A DNA stretch of 49,845 bases from Kiritimatiellales bacterium (GTDB taxonomy: Bacteria > Patescibacteriota > Gracilibacteria > Peribacterales > Peribacteraceae): the NCBI GenBank assembly GCA_021734665.1, contig JAIPIN010000002.1, positions 1 to 49,845 on the forward strand, written 5' to 3'. Shown here piece by piece: positions 1 through 8,624 of this stretch; position 1 is the stretch's first letter; each line of letters starts with the position of its first letter. Made by a program: the position numbers and the translations under genes. The notes beneath the pieces were generated by a model. It saw only the letters and a list, made by a program, of their open reading frames with translations, did no database searches and was not told the origin of the DNA.

Positions 1-264
1 TTAAGCTGTCTGTATGCCATAGCTGAGGTGGGAAGGTGGTAGGAATGACTTCTCTACCGTACCTCCTCTCTATGGCATTTCAGAGGGAATCAGGTGTTGC
101 ACTTGGGTGTTGCACTTCGGAATGGAATTTAAGTAAGAATTAAAAATGAATAATTTCTTAATAACTCTTTCACCACAAAATCTAATGAAATCACCTGCAT
201 CCCTTATATAAACTCAAGACCTATCCACAAATAAACCTAAAACAGATTTTTGATAAATATTTGA

Positions 265-339
265 TGGAGCCACCCGCGGGATTCGAACCCGCGACCTACT
301 CATTACGAGTGAGTTGCTCTACCCCTGAGCTAGGGTGGC
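265..339 (-). tRNA. tRNA-Thr (anticodon CGU), CCA encoded
   Basis: Minus strand reads GCCACCC-TA-GCTC-AGGGGTA-GAGC-A-ACTCA-CTCGTAA-TGAGT-AGGTC-GCGGG-TTCGAAT-CCCGC-GGGTGGC-T-CCA. This is a full cloverleaf with a 7-bp acceptor stem, a TTCGAAT T-loop and CGT at positions 34-36. Confidence 0.9.
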
Positions 340-395
340 TTAATTCATTATATGGATTAAATGAACGCTTTAAGACCGAGCAGATTTATTTTATC

Positions 396-482
396 ACGCC
401 CCGCTTTGCGGTGCTGGCCCCTGCCTGCCAGCCGAAGCTTCTTGACGGCCCGGCTATTAGCGAAGGCTGGAGCTAGGGTGGC
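396..482. repeat. GC-rich structured island (GCGAAG family, copy i), ending in a 13-nt duplicate of the tRNA-Thr 5' end
   Basis: GC-rich block in an AT-rich spacer. The 15-nt core ctgccagccgaagct (425-439) is identical to 11150-11164. CCAGCC/GGCTGG and CCGC/GCGG form inverted repeats. gagctagggtggc at 470-482 repeats 327-339. Confidence 0.6.
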
Positions 483-719
483 ACAACTAACAGCTTCGTG
501 GTTTCGAAGATTTTTTGCAAGTACCTAAAAAGTTTTTTGCCTTTTTAAACATACTTAAATAAGGAGTAAATATTACCTAACATTGCTAATAAAAACGTAT
601 ATGAAATAATTATGCATTTCTAAGCTTTTAGGCCACTGTTCTAGCTATCTGCTAGAGTAATGGATTGAATATAAAGCCAAAAAACGCTATAATAATCTGA
701 TTAAACCAATACAAAAATC

Positions 720-1076
720 ATGTCTATCGAAGCCTGCATCGCGCACGCAATACACAGTGATCTCGACATCCTCGAGGCACTACCAGAAGTGCATGAACTT
801 CCGGTTGAAGAACTTGAAACATATATTGAGGGATACATACTACAAGTACAGGAATCTCTTTGTCATATCATTGTAGAAAAAGGAGATCCATTTATACGCT
901 CACAAGATGCTGCCGGACTTTGTGCTACATGCTTAGAATCAGGCATAGGACTTCCTGCCACAATGCTTCTTAAGATGTGTCAGACAATTACAGAGCTATC
1001 TACATTGGATGCAAAGTTTATCTTGGATACAGAGGATGGTACGAGTTTGTATTACATGAAGATGGTAGTCTCCTAA
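720..1076 (+). CDS. hypothetical protein (118 aa), no recognisable motif
   Basis: ORF only. It is the sole plus-strand ORF in a gap between the tRNA and rpsI, and a long hairpin spacer follows it. Confidence 0.35.
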   Translation: MSIEACIAHAIHSDLDILEALPEVHELPVEELETYIEGYILQVQESLCHIIVEKGDPFIRSQDAAGLCATCLESGIGLPATMLLKMCQTITELSTLDAKFILDTEDGTSLYYMKMVVS

Positions 1077-1077
1077 T

Positions 1078-1180
1078 AGGTTCATTAGGTTTATTGAGCT
1101 GATTAGGTTGATTAGGTTCTTTTGCAAAAAGAACAAGGAACCTAATAGACCCAATAAGCGTAATAAACTTAACAAACCTT
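1078..1180. terminator. long imperfect hairpin between convergent genes (putative bidirectional terminator), word-repeat family A
   Basis: Centre is the palindrome ttttgcaaaa (1121-1130) flanked by gttc/gaac. Arms are built from attaggtt / aacctaat words. It shares gttcattaggtt, aacctaata and cgtaataaac with 10409-10525. Confidence 0.4.
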
Positions 1181-1182
1181 TT

Positions 1183-1590
1183 CTAGCGCTTCGCCCACTG
1201 TGGCGACCTACGTGCACCCTTGAGTCCTGGTTTCTTCCTTTCCTTTATGCGTGCATCGCGCCTTAGGAAGCCTTCTTTTTTAAGTTGTGACCTAAGTTCT
1301 GGATTGTAAAGCACTAATGCTCGACTTATACCATGACGAATAGCATCAGATTGAGCAGATTTACCACCTCCTACTACTTTCACCTCAACATCGAACATCT
1401 TTGCGTTATCAGTCATAACAAGAGGTGCGAGTGCATTTTCTCTTGCAACAGCTGTTAGATATTCCTTCATTTCCTTTCCATTAACTGTAACAGAACCAGA
1501 TCCCTGCTCAAAAAGCTTCACGCGTGCAATAGCAGTCTTACGCTTTCCAGCGCTGTAGTGATATTGCCTATTTGTGGTAGCTGCTGTCAT
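1183..1590 (-). CDS. rpsI: 30S ribosomal protein S9 (uS9)
   Basis: 135 aa with GGGKSAQSDAIRHGISRAL and a C-terminal RRSPQWAKR. It directly follows rplM. Confidence 0.95.
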   Translation of the reverse strand: MTAATTNRQYHYSAGKRKTAIARVKLFEQGSGSVTVNGKEMKEYLTAVARENALAPLVMTDNAKMFDVEVKVVGGGKSAQSDAIRHGISRALVLYNPELRSQLKKEGFLRRDARIKERKKPGLKGARRSPQWAKR

Positions 1591-1593
1591 GAA

Positions 1594-2016
1594 CTAGAGA
1601 GGAAATGGAACGGGCTTTTGAGCATCATGCTCATGCTTATCATCAACATAAACGTGCAAACGTTTAAGCATTTGTGGACGCAAGCGGTTGGCAGGCAACA
1701 TACCCTTAACCGCCTTTTCAATAACTTGTGTAGGATCTTTCTCCATCAATTCCTTTAGATTCATTGTTTTTAGATGACCCATGAATCCCGTATGCCTGTT
1801 GTATACCTTGCGATGTAGCTTTGTAGGATGAAAATTTAGCTTTGCCGCATTTATTACAACAACCTGATCACCACAAAGCTGATGTGGTGAAAATTCAGGA
1901 CGATGCTTGCCACGTAATAGAGTTGCTACTTGAGTAGACAAGCGCCCAAGCGACTGTCCCTCTGCATCAATCATGAGCCATTTAGGAGCCGATGTGGGAA
2001 TAGTGGAAGTCTTCAT
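1594..2016 (-). CDS. rplM: 50S ribosomal protein L13 (uL13)
   Basis: 140 aa with WLMIDAEGQSLGRLSTQVATLLRGKHRPEFSPH, typical of the uL13 N-terminus. Confidence 0.95.
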   Translation of the reverse strand: MKTSTIPTSAPKWLMIDAEGQSLGRLSTQVATLLRGKHRPEFSPHQLCGDQVVVINAAKLNFHPTKLHRKVYNRHTGFMGHLKTMNLKELMEKDPTQVIEKAVKGMLPANRLRPQMLKRLHVYVDDKHEHDAQKPVPFPL

Positions 2017-2438
2017 GTGCTTTTCGAAGAATTTTCGTCACGCGTAACGCGTAACTCGTTACGATCATCAGAACTTTCAATTCCTTCTACTAAACTCAGA
2101 TCAACAAGTTCTGCTCCATCTCCTTTTCGTGCACCAACAGGAACCATACGAGTTAGTCCACCTGACCTATCACTATAACGAGCCTTATAAATCTCCATTA
2201 TTTTGCGACTTGCATTCTTGTCCGTCACAGTACGATTAATAAACCTAATTGCAATGTGTTCTGGACGCGTCTTTGCAACAGTAATCAAACGATCGACAAT
2301 AGGCTTTATTGCCTTTGCTCTATTCTTTGTGGTTCGCACAGATTCATAAAGCAAAAGTGAAGTTACCAAGTTACGCTTTAGCATCCTAGCGTGAGCTGGT
2401 TTTTGGATTAGGCCTAGGCGTTTGTTCTGGTGGCGCAT
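2013..2438 (-). CDS. rplQ: 50S ribosomal protein L17 (bL17)
   Basis: 141 aa starting MRHQNKRLGL...RMLKRNLVTSLLLYESVRTT. It follows rpoA and overlaps rplM by 4 nt. Confidence 0.93.
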   Translation of the reverse strand: MRHQNKRLGLIQKPAHARMLKRNLVTSLLLYESVRTTKNRAKAIKPIVDRLITVAKTRPEHIAIRFINRTVTDKNASRKIMEIYKARYSDRSGGLTRMVPVGARKGDGAELVDLSLVEGIESSDDRNELRVTRDENSSKST

Positions 2439-2477
2439 GAGTGGGAGATTTTGGCTTAAATTAGGAGTAAAGTCAAA

Positions 2478-3476
2478 TTAGGAATCCATAGAATCATCTG
2501 ATAGAGCAAGTCCGCGATCTGCAAGTGTCTTGTGCACTTCATCTAGTGCCTTAGCACCAAATCCGCGGAAATTACTAAGGGATGCTTCGGTACATTTAGT
2601 AAGCTGTTCGATACTTCCTACGCCTGCATTAATAAGAGCATTAAGTGTGCGGGGAGAGAAGTTTAGAATTTCGATTGGTGTATAACTCTCTTTGATTGGA
2701 GACGAATCATCATCTGGAACACCTTGGACACCGCTACGTGAGAAGTCAGCAACGAATTCACTCTCTACAATCTTGTCTGCACTTCCAAAGTATTCAAAGT
2801 AACTCTTAAGAAGTTGTGATGCAAATTGAACCGCTTCTTCTGCTGAAAGTGATCCATTTGTCTTTACGTCAAGAATTAGCTTGTCCAGATTTGTTCTCTG
2901 CCCAACACGAGAAGACTCAACATCAAAACGTACCTTATCTACAGGACTAAAAGTAGCATCAATGTGAATTAATCCAGGTTCATTCTGCTTTTTATTGCGC
3001 TCTCCAGCTGGGGCATATCCAACTCCCTTTTCTACAGTGATATCCATATCAATCTCACCTCCTTTCTCAAGGGTTAGAATAACCGTATCTGGGTCGAGAA
3101 TTTCTATATCAGAAGAGACATCAAGATCCTTAGCCTTAATAGTCTTAGGGCCTTTGGCAACTAAGGATACGATTTCTGGATCTTTGTTGAACTTGCGTAC
3201 TTTAAGCTCTTTTAAGTTCAAACAAATATCAACAACAGATTCACATACTCCCTTTAGAGTTGTGTACTCGTGCTGGACCCCCTTGATACGAACAGAGGTA
3301 ACAGCAGTACCTGGAAGGCTAGAAAGGAGCGAGCGTCTCATCGCATTGCCCAATGTAACTCCATATCCTGGAGGTAAAGGTGCAATGGTGAAGACTGCAT
3401 GTGCATCATCGTCCCCTTTACCAGCTTGTGAAGAGCTAAATACTGGGGGTCCGATTTCTTCCTGAATAATATGCAT
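2478..3476 (-). CDS. rpoA: DNA-directed RNA polymerase alpha subunit
   Basis: 332 aa. The N-terminal domain has LPPGYGVTLGNAMRRSLLSSLPG and the C-terminal domain has LNFSPRTLNALINAGVGSIEQL. Confidence 0.95.
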   Translation of the reverse strand: MHIIQEEIGPPVFSSSQAGKGDDDAHAVFTIAPLPPGYGVTLGNAMRRSLLSSLPGTAVTSVRIKGVQHEYTTLKGVCESVVDICLNLKELKVRKFNKDPEIVSLVAKGPKTIKAKDLDVSSDIEILDPDTVILTLEKGGEIDMDITVEKGVGYAPAGERNKKQNEPGLIHIDATFSPVDKVRFDVESSRVGQRTNLDKLILDVKTNGSLSAEEAVQFASQLLKSYFEYFGSADKIVESEFVADFSRSGVQGVPDDDSSPIKESYTPIEILNFSPRTLNALINAGVGSIEQLTKCTEASLSNFRGFGAKALDEVHKTLADRGLALSDDSMDS

Positions 3477-3500
3477 GAGAGTGGGGTGGAAAGGAAGAAT

Positions 3501-3517
3501 GGTGGAGAAACTCCACC
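3501..3517 (-). terminator. perfect 7-bp hairpin GGTGGAG-AAA-CTCCACC between rpsD and rpoA (attenuator or processing site candidate)
   Basis: Inverted repeat read directly from the sequence, 10 nt after the rpsD stop and 24 nt before the rpoA start. Confidence 0.3.
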
Positions 3518-3527
3518 GAAAGAAGGG

Positions 3528-4145
3528 CTATTTTCTGGAATAGAACTCAATTACCTGTCGCATATCCACAGCCTGCTCAGCAGACTCTGGATCTGGTAAG
3601 GAAATAATTTCAATCTTCATGGCAGCACTATCTACCTTCATCCAAGCAGGAGGCATGTACTTCTCGTGTGCCTCGATAATTGGACCAAAGACAGGTGAGC
3701 CTTTGCTGCTACTACGGGCTTCGATTACGTCCCCACCTCTCAAACGATAGGAAGGAACTGTAACTCGACGTCCGTTTACCATGAAATGACCATGACTGGT
3801 AAACTGCCTACTCTGAAGACGAGTAAGAGCAAAACCAGCACGATAGATTGCATTATCTAATCTGCGTTCAAGCGCCTGCTTGAATGCGTCTCCAGTCTGT
3901 TCCGTGGCAGATGACGCCTCTTTATAGAGGTTAACGAACTGACGCTCGGAAAGACCATACATGTCACGCACCTTTTGTTTCTCTCCTAACTGCTGTGCAT
4001 ACTCAGATTTACGACCTTGGCGAACGCGTGGTCCCTTTCCAGGGCCCTGAGGTTTTTTCTGCAATATCTTATCGTATTTATCGCTACCATAGATATTGGT
4101 GCCTTGTCTTCTGCAGCGCTTTGCTTTTGGTCCAGTATATTTCAT
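3528..4145 (-). CDS. rpsD: 30S ribosomal protein S4 (uS4)
   Basis: 205 aa starting MKYTGPKAKRCRRQG, with the S4 RNA-binding domain RLDNAIYRAGFALTRLQSRQF..HGHFMVNGRRV. Confidence 0.95.
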   Translation of the reverse strand: MKYTGPKAKRCRRQGTNIYGSDKYDKILQKKPQGPGKGPRVRQGRKSEYAQQLGEKQKVRDMYGLSERQFVNLYKEASSATEQTGDAFKQALERRLDNAIYRAGFALTRLQSRQFTSHGHFMVNGRRVTVPSYRLRGGDVIEARSSSKGSPVFGPIIEAHEKYMPPAWMKVDSAAMKIEIISLPDPESAEQAVDMRQVIEFYSRK

Positions 4146-4185
4146 GACAATTTACAGTTAACAGTTAACATTTAACAAATAAAAA

Positions 4186-4584
4186 TTACACCCTGCGGCG
4201 TTTCTTAGGTCTACATCCGCCATGTGCGATAGGAGTACGATCAACAATGGCATCAAGGTCTATACCAGCCCCCTGAATACCGCGAATTGCTTGTTCACGT
4301 CCAGGTCCTAGGCCTTTTACTTCTACCTGAACAGATTGAATTCCAAATCCTTGTATAGACTCAGATGCCTTCTCTGCTGCAACCTTAGCAGCATATGGAG
4401 TCGATTTGCGTGTTCCACGGAATCCCGCACCTCCGCAACTTGCTCCACCCAACTTGTTACCCTCTAGATCCGTAAAGGTCACAATAGTATTGTTCTCGCC
4501 AGCATAGATACACACACGTGCCTTGGGCACAGTGCGCTTAATCTTCTTTTTGCGAGCCTTTGTTGCTTTTTTAGTAGTAGCCAT
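4186..4584 (-). CDS. rpsK: 30S ribosomal protein S11 (uS11)
   Basis: 132 aa with FRGTRKSTPYAAKVAAE and DRTPIAHGGCRPKKRRRV. Confidence 0.95.
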   Translation of the reverse strand: MATTKKATKARKKKIKRTVPKARVCIYAGENNTIVTFTDLEGNKLGGASCGGAGFRGTRKSTPYAAKVAAEKASESIQGFGIQSVQVEVKGLGPGREQAIRGIQGAGIDLDAIVDRTPIAHGGCRPKKRRRV

Positions 4585-4616
4585 TGGCTAGAGATTAGGG
4601 ATTAGGAAATTAGGGA

Positions 4617-4997
4617 CTAGGTCTTTGTTAACGTTACACGACCGGAGAGTCCGGTCCTCTTCTTACCACGTTTGGTTCTAGCATTCCTTCTAGATGTTTG
4701 CCCGCGCACAGGAAGTTTTCTGCGATGACGATAACCACGCCATGTTCCAATATCTTGTAAACGTTTAACATCCATGGATACTTTACGTGATAGATCTCCT
4801 TCTAGCTCCTCTTGCTCAATACGTGAACGTAGCCTTGCCTCTTCTTCCTCATTCAAATCGTCTGCCTTTCTATCAACATCAATATTTAATTCTTTAAGAA
4901 TTTTTGCAGATAGCGATGTCCCAAGACCTCTTATCTCTGTAAGAGCGATCACGATTCTTTTTTGGCCTGGGAGTACAACACCGGCAATTCTTAGCAT
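4617..4997 (-). CDS. rpsM: 30S ribosomal protein S13 (uS13)
   Basis: 126 aa starting MLRIAGVVLPGQKRIVIALTEIRGLG, with a basic C-terminus. Confidence 0.95.
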   Translation of the reverse strand: MLRIAGVVLPGQKRIVIALTEIRGLGTSLSAKILKELNIDVDRKADDLNEEEEARLRSRIEQEELEGDLSRKVSMDVKRLQDIGTWRGYRHRRKLPVRGQTSRRNARTKRGKKRTGLSGRVTLTKT

Positions 4998-5089
4998 AAT
5001 AGAGCTGGGATTTGGGCTTGGGCTAGGTTAGTTAGAAAAGTGGGGAGGATGAGGGTAATTCTGAATTTTGAATTCCCGTAGGTTCTGAA

Positions 5090-5221
5090 TTAGCCTTGTC
5101 GCTGCTTGTGCTTAGGATTCTTGCAGACTATGCGCCTTACCATCTTCTTTTTTCCGCCACTACGCCTGATTACCAGGCGGCAGTCTTTGCAGATCGGTTT
5201 GACGGAGGCGCGGACTTTCAT
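5090..5221 (-). CDS. rpmJ: 50S ribosomal protein L36 (bL36), 43 aa
   Basis: Below the ORF-track cutoff. My own minus-strand translation is [43 protein letters not shown]. It sits in the canonical position between infA and rpsM. Confidence 0.85.
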   Translation of the reverse strand: MKVRASVKPICKDCRLVIRRSGGKKKMVRRIVCKNPKHKQRQG

Positions 5222-5236
5222 GAGAGAGATAAAAAA

Positions 5237-5572
5237 TTAAGATGCTTGTTCTGTCTTTTCTTCTGTTGCTTCTTCTCTAGCAGGTACCTCTTCCGAGAGT
5301 GGAAGTGGTTGATCAGAGCGGAAGCGATAAGTAATGCGTCCTTTCTCGAGATCGTAAGGTGTGATTTCTACTTTCACACGATCCCCAGGAAGAATGCGCA
5401 CTCGGAACTTCCTCATACGCCCAGCAAGGGTGCAGTGAAGCTCGTGATCTTTTGCTTGGGGACTAAGGATTTTGACTTTGAACGTGGCATTTGGAAAGGA
5501 TTCTTCAACAATGCCGATGAGTTCAATTACATCCTTTGACACAGATTGCAAGACGAAATACAAGCCGATCAA
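5237..5572 (-). CDS. infA: translation initiation factor IF-1 with acidic C-terminal tail
   Basis: [21 protein letters not shown]...[36 protein letters not shown] forms the S1-like fold. The true start may be GTG at 5542 or TTG at 5551, because homology begins at VSKDVIE. Confidence 0.88.
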   Translation of the reverse strand: MIGLYFVLQSVSKDVIELIGIVEESFPNATFKVKILSPQAKDHELHCTLAGRMRKFRVRILPGDRVKVEITPYDLEKGRITYRFRSDQPLPLSEEVPAREEATEEKTEQAS

Positions 5573-5718
5573 TGCTACAGATGCATTTTGGCAGTATCAA
5601 GCTAAATGTACGGATTTTATCTAATAGAGGTAAATATTGATTGCAAAAAGTAAAAAATGATGTACAAAATGCAAAAATTGGCGGTTTTTAGCAAGGAAAT
5701 GGTAAATAAGTTAAATGA

Positions 5719-5805
5719 TTTGGATGGCTACATGGCTGGATGGCTCTAAAGTGGCAACAAGCCTGAAAATCGCCTGCGAACCATCCAACTATCCAACTAT
5801 CCAAA
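5719..5805. other. long hairpin spacer directly after the map stop codon
   Basis: tttggatggctacatggctggatgg (5719-5743) pairs with ccatccaactatccaactatccaaa (5781-5805). Both arms are stuttered words. Confidence 0.4.
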
Positions 5806-6552
5806 CTATGCAATCACTTTACACCCCGTCTCACCTATCAAAAGAGTGTGTTCAAAGTGAGCACAAAGAGCATGATCTTTAATCACAAGCGTCCAATCAT
5901 CCTCAGTTGGAACCACTGCATCACTACCGGCAGAAATAATTGGCTCAACAGCAATAAGCGTATTTTCAGGAAGTCTTGGACCTGTTCCTGCTTCTCCTAC
6001 ATTAGGAATATCTGGGAACTGGTGAAGATTGGTGCCCAAGCCGTGACCAGTAAGTGATCTAACGGGATGGAATCCAGCATCTTCTGCAGTCTTTTGTACA
6101 ATTGCAGATATATCCCCTGTTCTAACACCTTTCTTTAGAAGCTTAACCACATTCTCCAAGCACTGCTTTGTCACATCCATTAGTTTTTGAGCCTCATCCG
6201 AAATATTTCCAACAGCTGCAGTAAAACAAGCATCGGTATACAAGTTGTCTATAATAACGCCACAATCAACCGAAACTATATCTCCATCATTCAAAACGCG
6301 ATTACTAGGAATGCCATGCACACTCTCTTCGTTAACAGACGTACAAAGTGTTGCCGGAAAATTGTGGTAGCCTTTAAACCCTGGCCTACCTCCTTGGGCA
6401 ATAATGAACTTCTCCGCTTCTGAATCTAAATCTTTTGTAGTTATTCCAGGCTCCACCATAGCCTCTAGCATATCCAAACATGCACGAAGAATCTTACCTC
6501 CTATTTTTAAAGATTCTATTTCTTGCTCGGAAAAGATTTGGAACTGGGACAT
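5806..6552 (-). CDS. map: type I methionine aminopeptidase
   Basis: 248 aa. Metal-ligand context DGDIVSVDCG, TGHGLG and the FEHTLLI motifs fit MetAP-I. Position after adk is canonical. Confidence 0.93.
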   Translation of the reverse strand: MSQFQIFSEQEIESLKIGGKILRACLDMLEAMVEPGITTKDLDSEAEKFIIAQGGRPGFKGYHNFPATLCTSVNEESVHGIPSNRVLNDGDIVSVDCGVIIDNLYTDACFTAAVGNISDEAQKLMDVTKQCLENVVKLLKKGVRTGDISAIVQKTAEDAGFHPVRSLTGHGLGTNLHQFPDIPNVGEAGTGPRLPENTLIAVEPIISAGSDAVVPTEDDWTLVIKDHALCAHFEHTLLIGETGCKVIA

Positions 6553-6590
6553 GACCTAATGATTGCAGTATTTAACTTACAAGGAAAGAA

Positions 6591-6653
6591 CGTTATTTCG
6601 TTATCTCGTTAATTCGTTTCCTTGTTACGAAATAACAAAGTAACGAAATAACG
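6591..6653. other. 63-nt hairpin between adk and map
   Basis: The outer 13 bp are perfect (cgttatttcgtta 6591-6603 with taacgaaataacg 6641-6653). The inner ttcgt/acgaa segments also pair. Confidence 0.4.
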
Positions 6654-6655
6654 GA

Positions 6656-7222
6656 TTACTCCAAATCCAAAGCCCCCTTCAGCCTCGCATAAATATCCTC
6701 GATCGTCCCCTGCCCCTCCACTTCAATCAGATTATCCTGATCTTTATATTGCTGAATAACCGGCATCGTCTTATCTACAAAAGTACCCATTCTACGCAGA
6801 ATAATTGATTCATCTGCATCATCTGCGCGTCCTTCCTCTTCTGCACGACCAAGAATACGCTGCACTGCCTCTTCTTTATCAAGCTTGATTTCTATGCATT
6901 TAAAGTCACGACCAACTTCTTCCATAATATCGTTGAAAGCATTCATTTGATCTCCGTCTCGAGGAATGCCATCAAATAGAATCTTCTGATCCACATCACG
7001 TGCAAGAATAGCCTCTTTAACCACTCGCATGATTATCTCGAATGGAACCAATTTTCCTTCGTCTATAAAAGACGCAACTTCTTCACCAAGAGGAGTACCA
7101 GATGATTTTATCTTCCTTAGCTCTCCACCTGCTTCAAAAATATCGTACCCAAATTCAGCAGCAAGCTTTTTGGCTTGTGTGCCTTTTCCGCTTCCCTGTA
7201 TACCGAAGAAAACTAAATCCAT
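6656..7222 (-). CDS. adk: adenylate kinase (short-lid form)
   Basis: 188 aa with P-loop GIQGSGKGTQAKKLA and FDGIPRD. There is no Cys4 lid. Confidence 0.92.
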   Translation of the reverse strand: MDLVFFGIQGSGKGTQAKKLAAEFGYDIFEAGGELRKIKSSGTPLGEEVASFIDEGKLVPFEIIMRVVKEAILARDVDQKILFDGIPRDGDQMNAFNDIMEEVGRDFKCIEIKLDKEEAVQRILGRAEEEGRADDADESIILRRMGTFVDKTMPVIQQYKDQDNLIEVEGQGTIEDIYARLKGALDLE

Positions 7223-8499
7223 TAGACCAGCTTCTCGTAATCATGTGCAAGCAATTGAGCATTCACTTGCCTGATAAGTTCCATAACCACACCAACGATA
7301 ATAATGAGTCCAGAACCCGAAATGATAAGATCTTGTGAACTCAAGTTTGAATATTTTGTGAAGACAAGTGGCATGATAGCAACAATTCCGAGGAATGAGC
7401 CGCCCCATAGGTTCAAGCGACTTGAAGTCTTTGCAAGAATTGCAGCCGTCTGTTTGCCTGGGCGAATACCAGGAATAAATCCACCACGCTTCTGAATGGT
7501 ATCTGCAATATCATCTGGACGGAAAGTAACCGACACATAGAAATATGTAAACGCCATCACCAATAAGAAGTATATAAGCATATATGGAATACTTGGCGAA
7601 GATGGATTTAAGTAATTTGTAATGAAACCAACCACTGATGCAAAATTAGGAGCAGTAGAAAGGAACTGTGCAATTATTGCGGGAAGAGTCATCAAAGAAA
7701 TTGCAAAGATAATTGGAATCATTCCTGCCTGATTTAGACGAATTGGGATACCACCCTGAACTCCTCTGCCCGCTCCTTGATTAGCATATGTGATTGGAAT
7801 CAAGCGATGTGCATCTGTAAAGAGAACAACAGCAACAAGAGTTGCCAGAGATACAATGCAGAACAGATAGAATGCTGCCATCTTTCCTTCTCCTGCAATA
7901 AATAGTGAACTAAGTACTGCAGGAATACCTGAAATAATTCCAGTAAAGATAATTAGCGAGATTCCATTTCCAATTCCCTTTTCCGTAATTAGCTCACCTA
8001 GCCACATAATGAATAGAGAACCTGTAGTTACAAAAAGCATGGGGGCTAGCACTCCTGGGAAGCTCAAGTCTAGAAGATTTGCACCACCACGACTAAGCAA
8101 GATGAGGAATCCATAACTCTGTACAAATGCCAAAGGAACTGTGAGATATCGTGTATAACGATTGATCTGTTGCTGGCCTTGCACTCCTTCTTTCTGCATT
8201 GCTTCCAGTTTTGGGAAGATAACAGTGCTTAGCTGCATGATAATAGAAGCGTTGATATATGGAGATAACCCAAGCAAAACGATAGAGAAGTTATCTATCG
8301 ATCCGCCAGTGAGAGCTGCAAAAACCCCAACTATTCCTCCACCTCCACGTGAACTCAAAAACTCCCTTAGGGCAAATGGATCAGATCCGGGAATTGTTAT
8401 GTGCGCAGCAATTCTATATACCAAAAGAATACCCAAAGTGAATATGATGCGCTTACGAAGATCCTCGGAGTGCCAGAGTTGTCGGAGATAGGTGAACAT
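7222..8499 (-). CDS. secY: preprotein translocase subunit SecY
   Basis: 425 aa, about ten hydrophobic segments, with RIIFTLGILLVYRIAAHITIPG and IQKRGGFIPGIRPG. It follows rplO. Confidence 0.95.
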   Translation of the reverse strand: MFTYLRQLWHSEDLRKRIIFTLGILLVYRIAAHITIPGSDPFALREFLSSRGGGGIVGVFAALTGGSIDNFSIVLLGLSPYINASIIMQLSTVIFPKLEAMQKEGVQGQQQINRYTRYLTVPLAFVQSYGFLILLSRGGANLLDLSFPGVLAPMLFVTTGSLFIMWLGELITEKGIGNGISLIIFTGIISGIPAVLSSLFIAGEGKMAAFYLFCIVSLATLVAVVLFTDAHRLIPITYANQGAGRGVQGGIPIRLNQAGMIPIIFAISLMTLPAIIAQFLSTAPNFASVVGFITNYLNPSSPSIPYMLIYFLLVMAFTYFYVSVTFRPDDIADTIQKRGGFIPGIRPGKQTAAILAKTSSRLNLWGGSFLGIVAIMPLVFTKYSNLSSQDLIISGSGLIIIVGVVMELIRQVNAQLLAHDYEKLV

Positions 8500-8538
8500 G
8501 TAACAGGTCTATCGGTTAGAATTAAATTCTGATGGGTA

Positions 8539-8624
8539 GTATCTAGTATTTCGTATTTAGTATCTAGGGTATTAAAAGAACATTTCGAAATTATACGAGA
8601 TACGAAATACTAAATACGAGATAC
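8539..8624. other. hairpin/word-repeat spacer (family B) overlapping the rplO stop
   Basis: gtatctagtatttcgtatttagtatctag faces cgagatacgaaatactaaatacgagatacg. It shares agtatctagtattt and the ...agggt.attaaag segment with 48820-48905. Confidence 0.4.

Noticed and set aside
261-476. 71-aa plus-strand ORF from the track
   Set aside because: It is antisense to the tRNA-Thr and runs through the GC-rich hairpin element. It has no coding features and is better explained as RNA or repeat sequence.
2995-3465. Plus-strand ORFs overlapping conserved minus-strand genes (also 8662-9063, 10677-11045, 12723-13172, 14690-14986, 15836-16129, 22276-22704, 22705-23055 and others)
   Set aside because: They are shadow ORFs opposite well-supported conserved genes. 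None has a recognisable motif.
5096-5539. 147-aa plus-strand ORF
   Set aside because: It is antisense to rpmJ and infA, both of which are clearly supported by sequence similarity and operon position.
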